The notes under the pieces: model-generated
What the model saw: the letters and a program-made list of their open reading frames with translations, nothing else
Told to the model about the DNA's origin: nothing
Database searches by the model: none
Program-made: the position numbers and the translations under genes
Part shown: piece by piece, positions 25,150-33,570 of the stretch
Position numbering within the stretch: the stretch's first letter is position 1
Layout of the letters: each line of letters opens with the position of its first letter
Source of the DNA: a virus
Lineage: Duplodnaviria; Caudoviricetes
DNA length: 38,249 nt
Reading direction: 5' to 3' (one strand)
IMG/VR virus record: IMGVR_UViG_3300033153_004671
Location: 1 to 38,249 of that record

Positions 25150-26343
25150 CTATTCACCGACGACTCGAACCGCCAACTCAGGATACAATGCAACAACTCC
25201 ATACATAATATCCATGCGCAAACGTTCCTCATCACTGTCACCGTCATAATATTTCACAATCCTAATACTCAGGCCGTTATGTGTCTTTCTGGCACCCCAT
25301 ACAGCGGCGGGCATTTCCATCGGAACCACAACCAAGCCAAAAGCGTTCTTGTGAAACATCAGGTTTTCAGTATGAGAAACACCACCTGTCCCAACCATAA
25401 CAATTGCGGCACCATCAGCCGGTGAGCCGCTGCATGTCTTGTAAGGTCCGGTAGTAATCATTGCCGGGTCAATCGTTACTGGTGACGCTGCATCCGTTGC
25501 ACTGTTTGCCTGAACATCAGCCTTGACAACAAACTGTTTTAGATCGGACAGGGCAGCCCCGGACTGAAGGTTGACATTATAACAACCGGCGAAGGTTAAA
25601 ACGTCTCCTTCCTCAAGCACGTCAGAGTCTTCAGTCCAGCCCTCGGTATTGATTGAGGTTCCAGACTGACTCGCGCCGTCAACGTGCGCCTGTGTGGTTC
25701 CAGCCAGTGTGCCTCGGGTATGGGCTTTGATATTCTGATCCATCAAAATGTCAGCCTGGGCAATGTTACCCATAAATCCCTTGCGCAACACGTCACGGGT
25801 CAACTGTTGGTCAAAATAACCGGATAGCCCGTTTGCAAGGTTCCACCGGGCAGACGGATTGACGACAAGGACACGCTCATCAGCCGGACAATCGGAATTG
25901 TCCAACTTTGTGGCCGCATCACCCAGCACCATAAAAGTACTCGGAGTACTCCCAGGAGTGCCGACGGTCTGCGCCACTTTGATGTAAAGTGCCGTCAAAT
26001 CTGCATCAACCGTGTTTGCCAGCTCAGATGCAGCAGGCTTGATATAACGCTCGGAATACTCCTCGATTGTCATTGTAAGCTCTGCTGACGTAAAGGCCCA
26101 GGATACATGCGCCTGCGTTGCGACGGTAAACGTCAAAGTACTCTCAACATGTGTTGAGGTCGTGCGCGTTCGAGCTTTGGTAGCCGTAAACTTTAACGGT
26201 TTCCGGACTCGGATCGCCGTACCGACTTTGACAAATTCTTTCTCATACCTGCGGTGGACATTTGCGCCCATCACCATATTATTTTCCAACATCATCAACG
26301 CCTCTTCCGCGATGATATCAGGTGTGATTAAAGTGTTAGCCAT
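25150..26343 (-). CDS. Major capsid protein (P22 gp5 coat family)
   Basis: MANTLITPDIIAEEALMMLENNMV, KVGTAIRVRKP, ERYIKPAASELANTVD, GDVLTFAG and NLMFHKNAFGLV..RMDIMYG..YPELAVRV. Confidence 0.93.
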   Translation of the reverse strand: MANTLITPDIIAEEALMMLENNMVMGANVHRRYEKEFVKVGTAIRVRKPLKFTATKARTRTTSTHVESTLTFTVATQAHVSWAFTSAELTMTIEEYSERYIKPAASELANTVDADLTALYIKVAQTVGTPGSTPSTFMVLGDAATKLDNSDCPADERVLVVNPSARWNLANGLSGYFDQQLTRDVLRKGFMGNIAQADILMDQNIKAHTRGTLAGTTQAHVDGASQSGTSINTEGWTEDSDVLEEGDVLTFAGCYNVNLQSGAALSDLKQFVVKADVQANSATDAASPVTIDPAMITTGPYKTCSGSPADGAAIVMVGTGGVSHTENLMFHKNAFGLVVVPMEMPAAVWGARKTHNGLSIRIVKYYDGDSDEERLRMDIMYGVVALYPELAVRVVGE

Positions 26344-27385
26344 AGTGTAAGCCTCTTCCTCCAGCCGCCTTTATCTTTCTATTACGAGCCCGCCTATACT
26401 CGGAACTCGTCATATCAGTTAGCGACTTGTCTGTCGTATCAGAGCCGGTCACTGTCTTAATAGGCTCCGGTGCGTCAGATTTGGTTTTTTGTTTAGCCGG
26501 TTTGCCAGCGTTGGCAAGTTGTGTTGATAACTCCTCGATTGCCGCTACTGCATCCGATGATTTCATGTCATATATTTTATTGGCAAGTTCACGGTCACTG
26601 CCCAGCGCGTAGGCAACGTCAGCAGAATTTTCAAGTTCTACGATACAGGCCGCCGCAACATTTCTGAGATTTAACGTAGGATCTTTAACAACAGCGTTAA
26701 AATCATCATATTTTTTTGCGCCCTCATTGTACCTATCCTCTGCCGATATTTCACCAGAGGGCTTGCTGAGTCGTGCTTCAAGCGCTACCAATTCCTTTTT
26801 ATGCCTGAACTCGCTGCGATCCAGATTCCAACCATTGAGAGCTTTGTAATATCCATCCCAATCATCATAATCTTTTTGAACCGGTTCGTCTCCGAATTCT
26901 TTTTTAAGTTCAAGATCAAGCTTATCGGCATCGCTCAAATTAGCAGGATCAACGGTTTCCTCACCCGTCACGCCGTCCGCCTTGCCTTTGTAATACGCAA
27001 CGTCTTTTTCGGCTATATCTGCTCTACGTTCAGCCTCACGTTGTTTTTTGACAGCTTTATCGATCCGTTTCTGAACTACAGGAGAAACTTTACTTTTGCC
27101 GTCATCTTCAGCAGGGGTTTTGCCCTGTTCTGAGGTGGATGAATCCTCATCTTTGGCATCCTTTTTTTCATTATCATCCTGTTCAGATTTGTCGGCTTCT
27201 GATGCCGGTTTTTTGGTTTCAGGTGAGCCAGGATCGAAACTCACGTCACCATCAGTCATTTTGCCCGTGTTCGGGTCATAATCGACTGTACTTACATTGT
27301 CATTAATTTCAAAGCTTGATCGTTGCTGAAGATCATCTTTGCCCTTACCATCATCTGCTTTTTTGACTGTGTTTTCATCTGCCAT
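26336..27385 (-). CDS. Scaffolding protein
   Basis: Acidic N-half, VQKRIDKAVKKQREAERR, EPVQKDYDDWDGY, KYDDF and SDAPEPIK; immediately upstream of the coat gene; GGAGG RBS before ATG 27385. Confidence 0.85.
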   Translation of the reverse strand: MADENTVKKADDGKGKDDLQQRSSFEINDNVSTVDYDPNTGKMTDGDVSFDPGSPETKKPASEADKSEQDDNEKKDAKDEDSSTSEQGKTPAEDDGKSKVSPVVQKRIDKAVKKQREAERRADIAEKDVAYYKGKADGVTGEETVDPANLSDADKLDLELKKEFGDEPVQKDYDDWDGYYKALNGWNLDRSEFRHKKELVALEARLSKPSGEISAEDRYNEGAKKYDDFNAVVKDPTLNLRNVAAACIVELENSADVAYALGSDRELANKIYDMKSSDAVAAIEELSTQLANAGKPAKQKTKSDAPEPIKTVTGSDTTDKSLTDMTSSEYRRARNRKIKAAGGRGLHYG

Positions 27386-27445
27386 AAACGCATACCCTCC
27401 CAGGTACGAAGCATGGCTGCCGGCCATGACGGTTAAATGATTATA

Positions 27446-27613
27446 TTAAACTTTGCCTTTAACCGGAATTTTCCCCGGCCCGATCTTATTGCTATCACTG
27501 GAACCCGCACCCGTAGGTTTGAACGATACGTTGCTTTTTGAAACACTCTTCCTTGTATCCCTCGGCCCCATGTTTTTACTGCCCCTGCCTTTATATCCGA
27601 TTCCTTTTGGCAT
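27446..27613 (-). CDS. Small basic G/K/S-rich protein, 55 aa (MPKGIGYKGRGSKNMGPRDTRKSVSKSNVSFKPTGAGSSDSNKIGPGKIPVKGKV)
   Basis: Translated by hand; strong AAAGGAG RBS; fills the gap before the scaffold gene; below the ORF-track cutoff. Confidence 0.7.
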   Translation of the reverse strand: MPKGIGYKGRGSKNMGPRDTRKSVSKSNVSFKPTGAGSSDSNKIGPGKIPVKGKV

Positions 27614-27785
27614 GATCGTTCTCCTTTACTTTTCTTATTGCATTTTTGATTGCATATTCTAAATCCAATAAAGTTTCGTACCCTCGTATAGAAATTGATT
27701 CATTTGAATGAGAATTATAATGAACTTTTATTGTGTGACTATCATTAAAAGCTTCAATTTCTATTTTACCTATTCTTTTTTTCAA
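27591..27785 (-). CDS. Hypothetical protein (about 64 aa)
   Basis: Probable TTG start at 27785 behind AAAGGAG; fills the gap in the operon. Confidence 0.55.
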   Translation of the reverse strand: MKKRIGKIEIEAFNDSHTIKVHYNSHSNESISIRGYETLLDLEYAIKNAIRKVKENDHAKRNRI

Positions 27786-28377
27786 ACCACTCCTTTGTCG
27801 GCATCCCAAAATAATCCCGTGTAATACCGGAATATGATTTTACTTTACCATCATGTTTAGCCGCGAATTCCTGCCATCTATTCCTTGCTGCTGGTGTCCA
27901 CCTGGGCCAATTGTCTTTCTCGTTTCTATCATACCAGTGGCCCAGATCATCCAAGGGGCAACCGGCCAACACTATTTTATTAAACCCCAGCTTAACACCC
28001 ACACTCGCAGCAAACAATGCGCTGTTACCATCAACTTCAACCTCACTATCATCGATCTCCCAAAACATATTAAAATACCGCTCATCAATTAAATCCGTGG
28101 TGGTGTGAGCGTGTGTTATGCTTCCTTCTTTTAAAAGTTTGCCGACATACCAAACTGTATCAGCATCAAGCGCGGTATAATGAGGCAACGGCAAAGGTAT
28201 GGGTAACAGCGTATCCTCATACGCTTCCGGAGATCGCCCCACGGCCATAATTTCAAATTGAACATCGCCAAACTCCTGTGCAAACCGATCCATATCCTCA
28301 ACCAGGAAACGGCCATCACCGGTAATGAGTAAAACGTCAGCACTGCGCTTGTATGTTTTTAGAGTTGTTTTAACCAT
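27766..28377 (-). CDS. CstII/Maf(DUF115)-like glycosyltransferase-fold protein, paralog 2
   Basis: LLITGDG, IMAVGR, HYTALD and GNSALFAASVGVKLGFNKIVLAGCPLD..GHWYD. Confidence 0.6.
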   Translation of the reverse strand: MVKTTLKTYKRSADVLLITGDGRFLVEDMDRFAQEFGDVQFEIMAVGRSPEAYEDTLLPIPLPLPHYTALDADTVWYVGKLLKEGSITHAHTTTDLIDERYFNMFWEIDDSEVEVDGNSALFAASVGVKLGFNKIVLAGCPLDDLGHWYDRNEKDNWPRWTPAARNRWQEFAAKHDGKVKSYSGITRDYFGMPTKEWFEKKNR

Positions 28378-29084
28378 TCCTCTGTAGGCCTCCTAAAAAG
28401 CCTCATTGTATTGCCGGATAACGAGCGTACAAGATCAAACTGTGGTCTAACCTTACATTCTCGCCACTTCCAGATATGGACCGTATGATCCGTTTTTTCA
28501 TCCTGCGGACCATCGTCTGATGGCGTCCACTCTGGTAGTTTTGAATAATACTGCAATGTGTCCTCACTCCGTCCAGAGGCATCCAGCGGACACCCTGCAA
28601 TTATAATTTTACAATACCCCATCCAAAGCGCCGCCCGGACCGCAAACAATGAACTTGTACCACTCCACCAGTTTATTTTTTTCGATCTCCAAGTAATTTC
28701 AAAACCCGGCGCGTCAATATAAACACCATGCTTAATAGTATTATCAGGCATACCAGTAGCAAGCTCCTGCATTGGGACTGTATGACTGTCAGCCGCGAAA
28801 AAATGCGTGATATCCTCATCTGGTATCATTTCCCTTACTTTTTCGATCTTTGCCGCATAATTAACCAAACCCACATCAAAAACCGTTTTTGCTTCCCCGG
28901 CCATTTCGAGAAACCGGTACACGTCATCTGCAGCACAAGGCGCGGTTCCGACAATCAAAATAATATCATTTTTCGGTGTGTAATCCTTCAGGAAAGCATC
29001 CGACTTGATACAGCCACCGTCAACATCGTTCTGTGCATAGTCCCAGGTCGGGCGTATTATTTCAGCGAGGTTTTGCTGCTTCAT
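28359..29084 (-). CDS. CstII/Maf(DUF115)-like glycosyltransferase-fold protein, paralog 1
   Basis: ILIVGTAP, GLVN, HFFAAD and SGTSSLFAVRAALWMGYCKIIIAGCPLD; ATG overlaps the portal stop. Confidence 0.6.
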   Translation of the reverse strand: MKQQNLAEIIRPTWDYAQNDVDGGCIKSDAFLKDYTPKNDIILIVGTAPCAADDVYRFLEMAGEAKTVFDVGLVNYAAKIEKVREMIPDEDITHFFAADSHTVPMQELATGMPDNTIKHGVYIDAPGFEITWRSKKINWWSGTSSLFAVRAALWMGYCKIIIAGCPLDASGRSEDTLQYYSKLPEWTPSDDGPQDEKTDHTVHIWKWRECKVRPQFDLVRSLSGNTMRLFRRPTEEWLKQL

Positions 29085-31090
29085 TGCACGGGCTCCTGTA
29101 GTTTCTTTTCTTTGATTTGATTATCAAGCCGTATGCCTTCAAGCTTGGCCTCCTCCTGCTCTTTCTCAAGCTGTTTAAGCTCAAGCTCTGCCTCGTTCAT
29201 TGTACTCTTAAACGCAAGTTCTTGCGCCATTATAGGGTCAACATCCGGCTGTTCCTGGCCGTCCCCCTGTGGCGCAATAGGATTGTCTTGCGCGTCAAGC
29301 TCTTGTTCCTCATCATCAGGCTCAATAATTATACCAGCCGCCTTCATTTGTGTTCGTATGCGCTCTTCAATATCTTCGCTTTCCATATCTAATTTCTTTG
29401 CAACCAAATCACCAATCATCGGGCGCACTTCTGGAAATACTTCAGAAAACTTTAACATTGAGTCAACGGCTTCAATTCGCTGCGTCGTATAACTCGGCCC
29501 GACCGTTATCACTGCATCGTATTTGCCAACCGTGATATCATTTAAAATAGTGCCATCAGACATTTTATAATTAATCTGCTTCAAATCATGAGTACCATCA
29601 ATATTTAAAATCCTGACCATCCGGGCCGTGTCGTAAATTTTCGGTATCAAATCAAGCAGAATCTTGCCTTCAAATGTAACGGCATTTACTAAATTATCAG
29701 TATACGCAAACGTCGCATTATCACCCTCGCGCTGCCGGGCCGTAATAGCTACACCGGAGGTTTCATTTGAACGGGCTCCCAGGCTTGCGTCATACAATCC
29801 TGTTGTGCTCTTAAACTCATCCTGTGACAACTCTATATCCGTAAGCACTGCGCTGCTTGCCTGTATAGGTTGCTCTCTGGTAGGTTTGCTCGGTGATGAT
29901 GGGTCAGGATTATAAAGCAAATAAATATAGTTTTCTCGATGCGCTTTTTTCCATTGATTCTCATGCCCTTTAATTTCTTTGGGCGTTAACAGGTACGGCG
30001 CTTTGGGAGCTAATGAAATAGTTTCGGCCGAAATAGACCGGGCATAATTATAAAGCATCTGTGCAGGCTTGGCATGCCGGATAACACCACGAACAACCCG
30101 CCGCCCTTCAATAAACAGTTCCTTTCCGGCCACTTCGATAATCGGAATGTATCGGCCAGGCCATATGATCGGACCTTCAAGCGTTTTGTTGCCATCAATC
30201 AAGCGCCATTCGATCTCATGAGTCTTGACTTCTCGTGTTTGTAAAAGCTTAAAACCTTTCTGTTCATACTCAGGTTTCCAATCCCAATCGACAAACACTG
30301 TTTGAACGGCTTCTCCACCCTTCGTCTGCTCTGGCGGTCCCTGGATCTGATACAGCGTTTTTGTAACAGGTACCTTACGAAAATATTCTGCAATCCGTAC
30401 CGTGTCCTGGTCAACCCATGGTTCGAGTGATTTATCATGATTTTCAAAATCAATAGGAGTTTTACCAGGGAACCGCTCTTTGTATTCTTCTCGATCAATT
30501 GATTCTGTTATAAATTGCCACCCCGCATCCGATCTATCATGCTTAGTGGACATAGGATCACAATAAACAGAAAATGTATTCGTAAGCCGTTTAATCCGGA
30601 TATCCTGATCGAACATGTCATCATCGACATACTCCGTTAAAATCCGGTAATGCCCCCGGCCACAAGCTGCGGCGCTATTGGCAGCTGTCTGACGTACCAC
30701 CTTGACGGTGCTGGCATACTCAATATTACGGATCATACCCTCAAGAATTTTGGCAGTCTCGGGGTCGGCCACGTCATCCACCGGGCGAACCTTGATTGAC
30801 ATAGCCGCTTGTCGCTGATCACCCTCTACCTGGTCCAGGAATGACGGCAAGCGATTGATTGTGATGATAGGCTTACCAGCTGCCGTGCGATCCTGTTTAA
30901 CATCAGCAGGCCATTGATAATCGTTAGCACCTTCGGCAAATTTAAGATCATCAATCTGTTCTTTGCGCTCGTCCAATTCAAACGATTCAGCAGCCTCAAA
31001 CCGCTTACGAGCGTTCTGTAGAACTTCGTCAGACTTCTTCTTTGATTCTGCTTTCTTGCCTACGCTGTCGTCTTGAGGTTTTCCAGGCAT
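29081..31090 (-). CDS. Portal protein (P22 gp1-like)
   Basis: DDLKF..YQWP, PIITINRL, VYCDP, VRIAEYF, WPGRYIPII, SNETSGVAITARQREGD and GKYDAVITVGPSYTTQR. Confidence 0.93.
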   Translation of the reverse strand: MPGKPQDDSVGKKAESKKKSDEVLQNARKRFEAAESFELDERKEQIDDLKFAEGANDYQWPADVKQDRTAAGKPIITINRLPSFLDQVEGDQRQAAMSIKVRPVDDVADPETAKILEGMIRNIEYASTVKVVRQTAANSAAACGRGHYRILTEYVDDDMFDQDIRIKRLTNTFSVYCDPMSTKHDRSDAGWQFITESIDREEYKERFPGKTPIDFENHDKSLEPWVDQDTVRIAEYFRKVPVTKTLYQIQGPPEQTKGGEAVQTVFVDWDWKPEYEQKGFKLLQTREVKTHEIEWRLIDGNKTLEGPIIWPGRYIPIIEVAGKELFIEGRRVVRGVIRHAKPAQMLYNYARSISAETISLAPKAPYLLTPKEIKGHENQWKKAHRENYIYLLYNPDPSSPSKPTREQPIQASSAVLTDIELSQDEFKSTTGLYDASLGARSNETSGVAITARQREGDNATFAYTDNLVNAVTFEGKILLDLIPKIYDTARMVRILNIDGTHDLKQINYKMSDGTILNDITVGKYDAVITVGPSYTTQRIEAVDSMLKFSEVFPEVRPMIGDLVAKKLDMESEDIEERIRTQMKAAGIIIEPDDEEQELDAQDNPIAPQGDGQEQPDVDPIMAQELAFKSTMNEAELELKQLEKEQEEAKLEGIRLDNQIKEKKLQEPVQ

Positions 31091-31100
31091 GCTCTATCCT

Positions 31101-32615
31101 TTATCCCATCCAGGCGTTTGCTCCGCCGGTACCGGTTTTTTTAAATATATCGTCATAATCATCTGAGGGTTTCGGCGTGAGATCGTGGACGGCATGCGTC
31201 AACGTCCTGAACCCGTCCGCCGGATTTGATGCCCAATTATGCAGAGGTTTATCACGAAACCGGCCAAGCTTCTCATTCCATTCCTTCCGGTAATTATCCA
31301 TACCCTTGACACCTACTGCGCAATGCTTTTCGTCAATAAAAACCCTGTGAAATATCCTTCGAACCTCGTTAATGTCCTCAATGGTATCAGCGGCCCGCTC
31401 TATCATTTCAAATGTGATACCCAACTCCTGTGCTCTCACAATCCTATTTTTACCGGATATTAAATCACGTTTATTGATATCGTGCGGTGCATAATGCTTG
31501 CCATATGGTAAATGATTGCGGTCAATGATTTCCTGGATATAATGTTCCAGACCTTCGCCGGTGTTCTCATAATAATCAATGCAATTGATAGCCATACCAT
31601 CGATTTGAAAAAACCAGATTGTCATTTCATCATTAATGCCCAAATCCCAGGCAGTGTGGGTGAGCTTAGACGGATCATGCGGTACGAACGTCAAGCGCCG
31701 CTCTTTGCGGAGCTTAATCATTTGTTTTTGATAATAAGCACCGATAACAGACTGTTCAAATGCTTCCATCGCCGTAGATGGGTACTCTCGTTTCATGTCG
31801 TCTTGCTGCGTCTCATATTTTTTGACGTACCAATATTTCTGCAGATTGGTTAACTTGATATGACATTTCGTTTCCAGCTCATCAAAATACTCATCATGTT
31901 CAGAGGGTATCGTGACGGCGTTCGTGTCCAACACATACTCAGGATGCATCCACCAGGGAAAAAAAAAGAACCGGTAATCAAGCTTGGAAAGTTCCTTGCC
32001 CTGAACCTTGGCTTTTTGAGCGGCGATACACATATCATGATAATCACCTTCAGCTCCCTCGGCCGTGCTCTCAATCACAACCATCTGACCCTCATGAACC
32101 GTATTCAAAGCCCCGGTTTTGATCTCCCTGGCTTTCTCCGGAAACTTAGCGCAGATCTTACCCAGCTCAGTAATATGTAAAAAATGGATTGTGCCGGATC
32201 TCATAGACGTACCAACCCGGATACTCGAGTTGTTGCTGAATTGCAATTTACGGGCGCTGTCTTGGACGGCTGTAATCGGATTATCTGTCAACCTGTTGCC
32301 CTCATCGTCGGTGAACATATTCAAAAACGGGTATTTAATCTTGTCGGCAAATATATCCTGGGCATCTTCCCGGTTATGAGCGATGATCCCACAACGGATA
32401 TTTGAGTTGAATACAGACATGTCCAGGGCAAAGATACACCAGAACGTCGTAACGCCGAGCTGCCGGGCCTTGAGTATCAGATTAAAAAACCACATGTTCT
32501 TGAGTAAGAACATTTGCGCCCAGTTTGGCTTAAACTTCACACGCTGTGATTCCTTGTCAATAATCCAGTATAGATTACTCATGCGCCATACTCTGTCTTT
32601 AAGTCTATGAGGCAT
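31101..32615 (-). CDS. terL: Terminase large subunit
   Basis: Walker A ILKARQLGVTT, Walker B FLHITE, coupling motif IESTAEG, and nuclease motifs TAWDLG and WASNPADGFR. Confidence 0.95.
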   Translation of the reverse strand: MPHRLKDRVWRMSNLYWIIDKESQRVKFKPNWAQMFLLKNMWFFNLILKARQLGVTTFWCIFALDMSVFNSNIRCGIIAHNREDAQDIFADKIKYPFLNMFTDDEGNRLTDNPITAVQDSARKLQFSNNSSIRVGTSMRSGTIHFLHITELGKICAKFPEKAREIKTGALNTVHEGQMVVIESTAEGAEGDYHDMCIAAQKAKVQGKELSKLDYRFFFFPWWMHPEYVLDTNAVTIPSEHDEYFDELETKCHIKLTNLQKYWYVKKYETQQDDMKREYPSTAMEAFEQSVIGAYYQKQMIKLRKERRLTFVPHDPSKLTHTAWDLGINDEMTIWFFQIDGMAINCIDYYENTGEGLEHYIQEIIDRNHLPYGKHYAPHDINKRDLISGKNRIVRAQELGITFEMIERAADTIEDINEVRRIFHRVFIDEKHCAVGVKGMDNYRKEWNEKLGRFRDKPLHNWASNPADGFRTLTHAVHDLTPKPSDDYDDIFKKTGTGGANAWMG

Positions 32616-33000
32616 CTACCGGCCCCTTTGAATCACCGTCTATATTATCAAAAATCTTTTTAAGGTTCCCGCCCACGTCATGCTCGATCACTTGGCGTTC
32701 AACATAACCATGATTACATTTGAGCTGAAAAATAGCGCCGGCCACCGCTTGATGTGTGCAGCGATCACCCCAATATTTTTCAACTCTCATTTTTGCTTTT
32801 CTTATAATCGCAGAAAAAGCCGGGCCTCTGTTTTGCTCATAATCCCGCAATGTCTCTGTTGTAGTGTCCAGATACAGAGCCAAGCCCACGATAGAGAACG
32901 GCTCATTCTCAAAACAGGACTCAAAATAGTCATTAACTTTTGACTGGAGTTTCTTAGCGGATTTGAATTTTAGCGGGCGTCCCTTGGTTTTTGCTGCCAT
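32605..33000 (-). CDS. terS: Terminase small subunit (DNA-packaging protein gp3 family)
   Basis: GRPLKFKS..LQSKVNDYF, FSIVGLALYLD..ETLRDYE and GAIFQLKCNHGY; GGGGG RBS before ATG 33000. Confidence 0.88.
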   Translation of the reverse strand: MAAKTKGRPLKFKSAKKLQSKVNDYFESCFENEPFSIVGLALYLDTTTETLRDYEQNRGPAFSAIIRKAKMRVEKYWGDRCTHQAVAGAIFQLKCNHGYVERQVIEHDVGGNLKKIFDNIDGDSKGPVDAS

Positions 33001-33030
33001 ACGTCCCCCTATTTTGAGGTTGTATAGCGC

Positions 33031-33060
33031 ATAATACACTGACAATTTTTGTCATGTCAA
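33031..33060 (-). promoter_or_regulatory. Putative sigma-70 promoter of the virion operon
   Basis: TTGACA (33060-33055), 18-bp spacer, TATTAT (33036-33031). The spacer is filled by a TGACA-N5-TGTCA palindrome. Confidence 0.6.
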
Positions 33061-33242
33061 GGGAAATGTGACATTTTGTGTCAAAGTGACATAATTTGTC
33101 ATAAAATGGCCATCTTAAAAAGTGACAATTTGCGCTAATCCTGTTATAATTTATTTAACCACAAGTTATTGATTTACAACAAGTTTATTTATAACCCTGC
33201 CAAATTTTGTCAATCATATAAGATTTTAACGCAATTTTGTCA
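33040..33242. promoter_or_regulatory. Array of TGACA-N5-TGTCA palindromic operator/UAS sites
   Basis: Perfect copies at 33040-33054, 33069-33083 and 33087-33101; a one-mismatch copy at 33198-33212; half-sites at 33123-33127 and 33238-33242. Confidence 0.8.
33162..33174 (-). promoter_or_regulatory. IHF binding site
   Basis: AATCAATAACTTG matches WATCAANNNNTTR exactly and lies between the palindromes and the -24/-12 promoter. A second one-mismatch site is near 33269-33281. Confidence 0.65.
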
Positions 33243-33284
33243 CTTTATTTAAAACCTGATTGTAATGATTTCAATAGTTTATGT

Positions 33285-33301
33285 TTGGCACAGTGTTTGC
33301 T
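33285..33301 (+). promoter_or_regulatory. Sigma-54 (-24/-12) promoter
   Basis: TTGGCAC-AGTGT-TTGCT matches YTGGCAC-N5-TTGCW and lies 30 bp before the ATG at 33331. Confidence 0.8.
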
Positions 33302-33330
33302 CTATAATACAACATGATGGAGGATTTTAA

Positions 33331-33567
33331 ATGACAACCCCAAAACACATAACCGGCCAGCTTGATAACGCCTTGCGCTATCCATTAAACCAGGTAAATA
33401 TTAAATACTGGCAGCAGCAGGCGCTCCGGGTGACGTACACCGGGCCGGACAAACGTAAAAATGAATCTTATACGAGCTTATTGATGGAGTCCCGTAATAT
33501 ACGAATATTATGGGATATAAACAAAATTATAACATTTTACATGAAACAATTAACAAAAAAGGAGTAA
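33331..33567 (+). CDS. Hypothetical protein (78 aa)
   Basis: GGAGG RBS; first gene behind the sigma-54 promoter; contains YTGPDKRK. Confidence 0.7.
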   Translation: MTTPKHITGQLDNALRYPLNQVNIKYWQQQALRVTYTGPDKRKNESYTSLLMESRNIRILWDINKIITFYMKQLTKKE

Positions 33568-33570
33568 ATC

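Noticed and set aside
33001-33045. N-terminal extension of TerS from 33045
   Set aside because: It runs through the promoter/palindrome region; the RBS supports ATG 33000.
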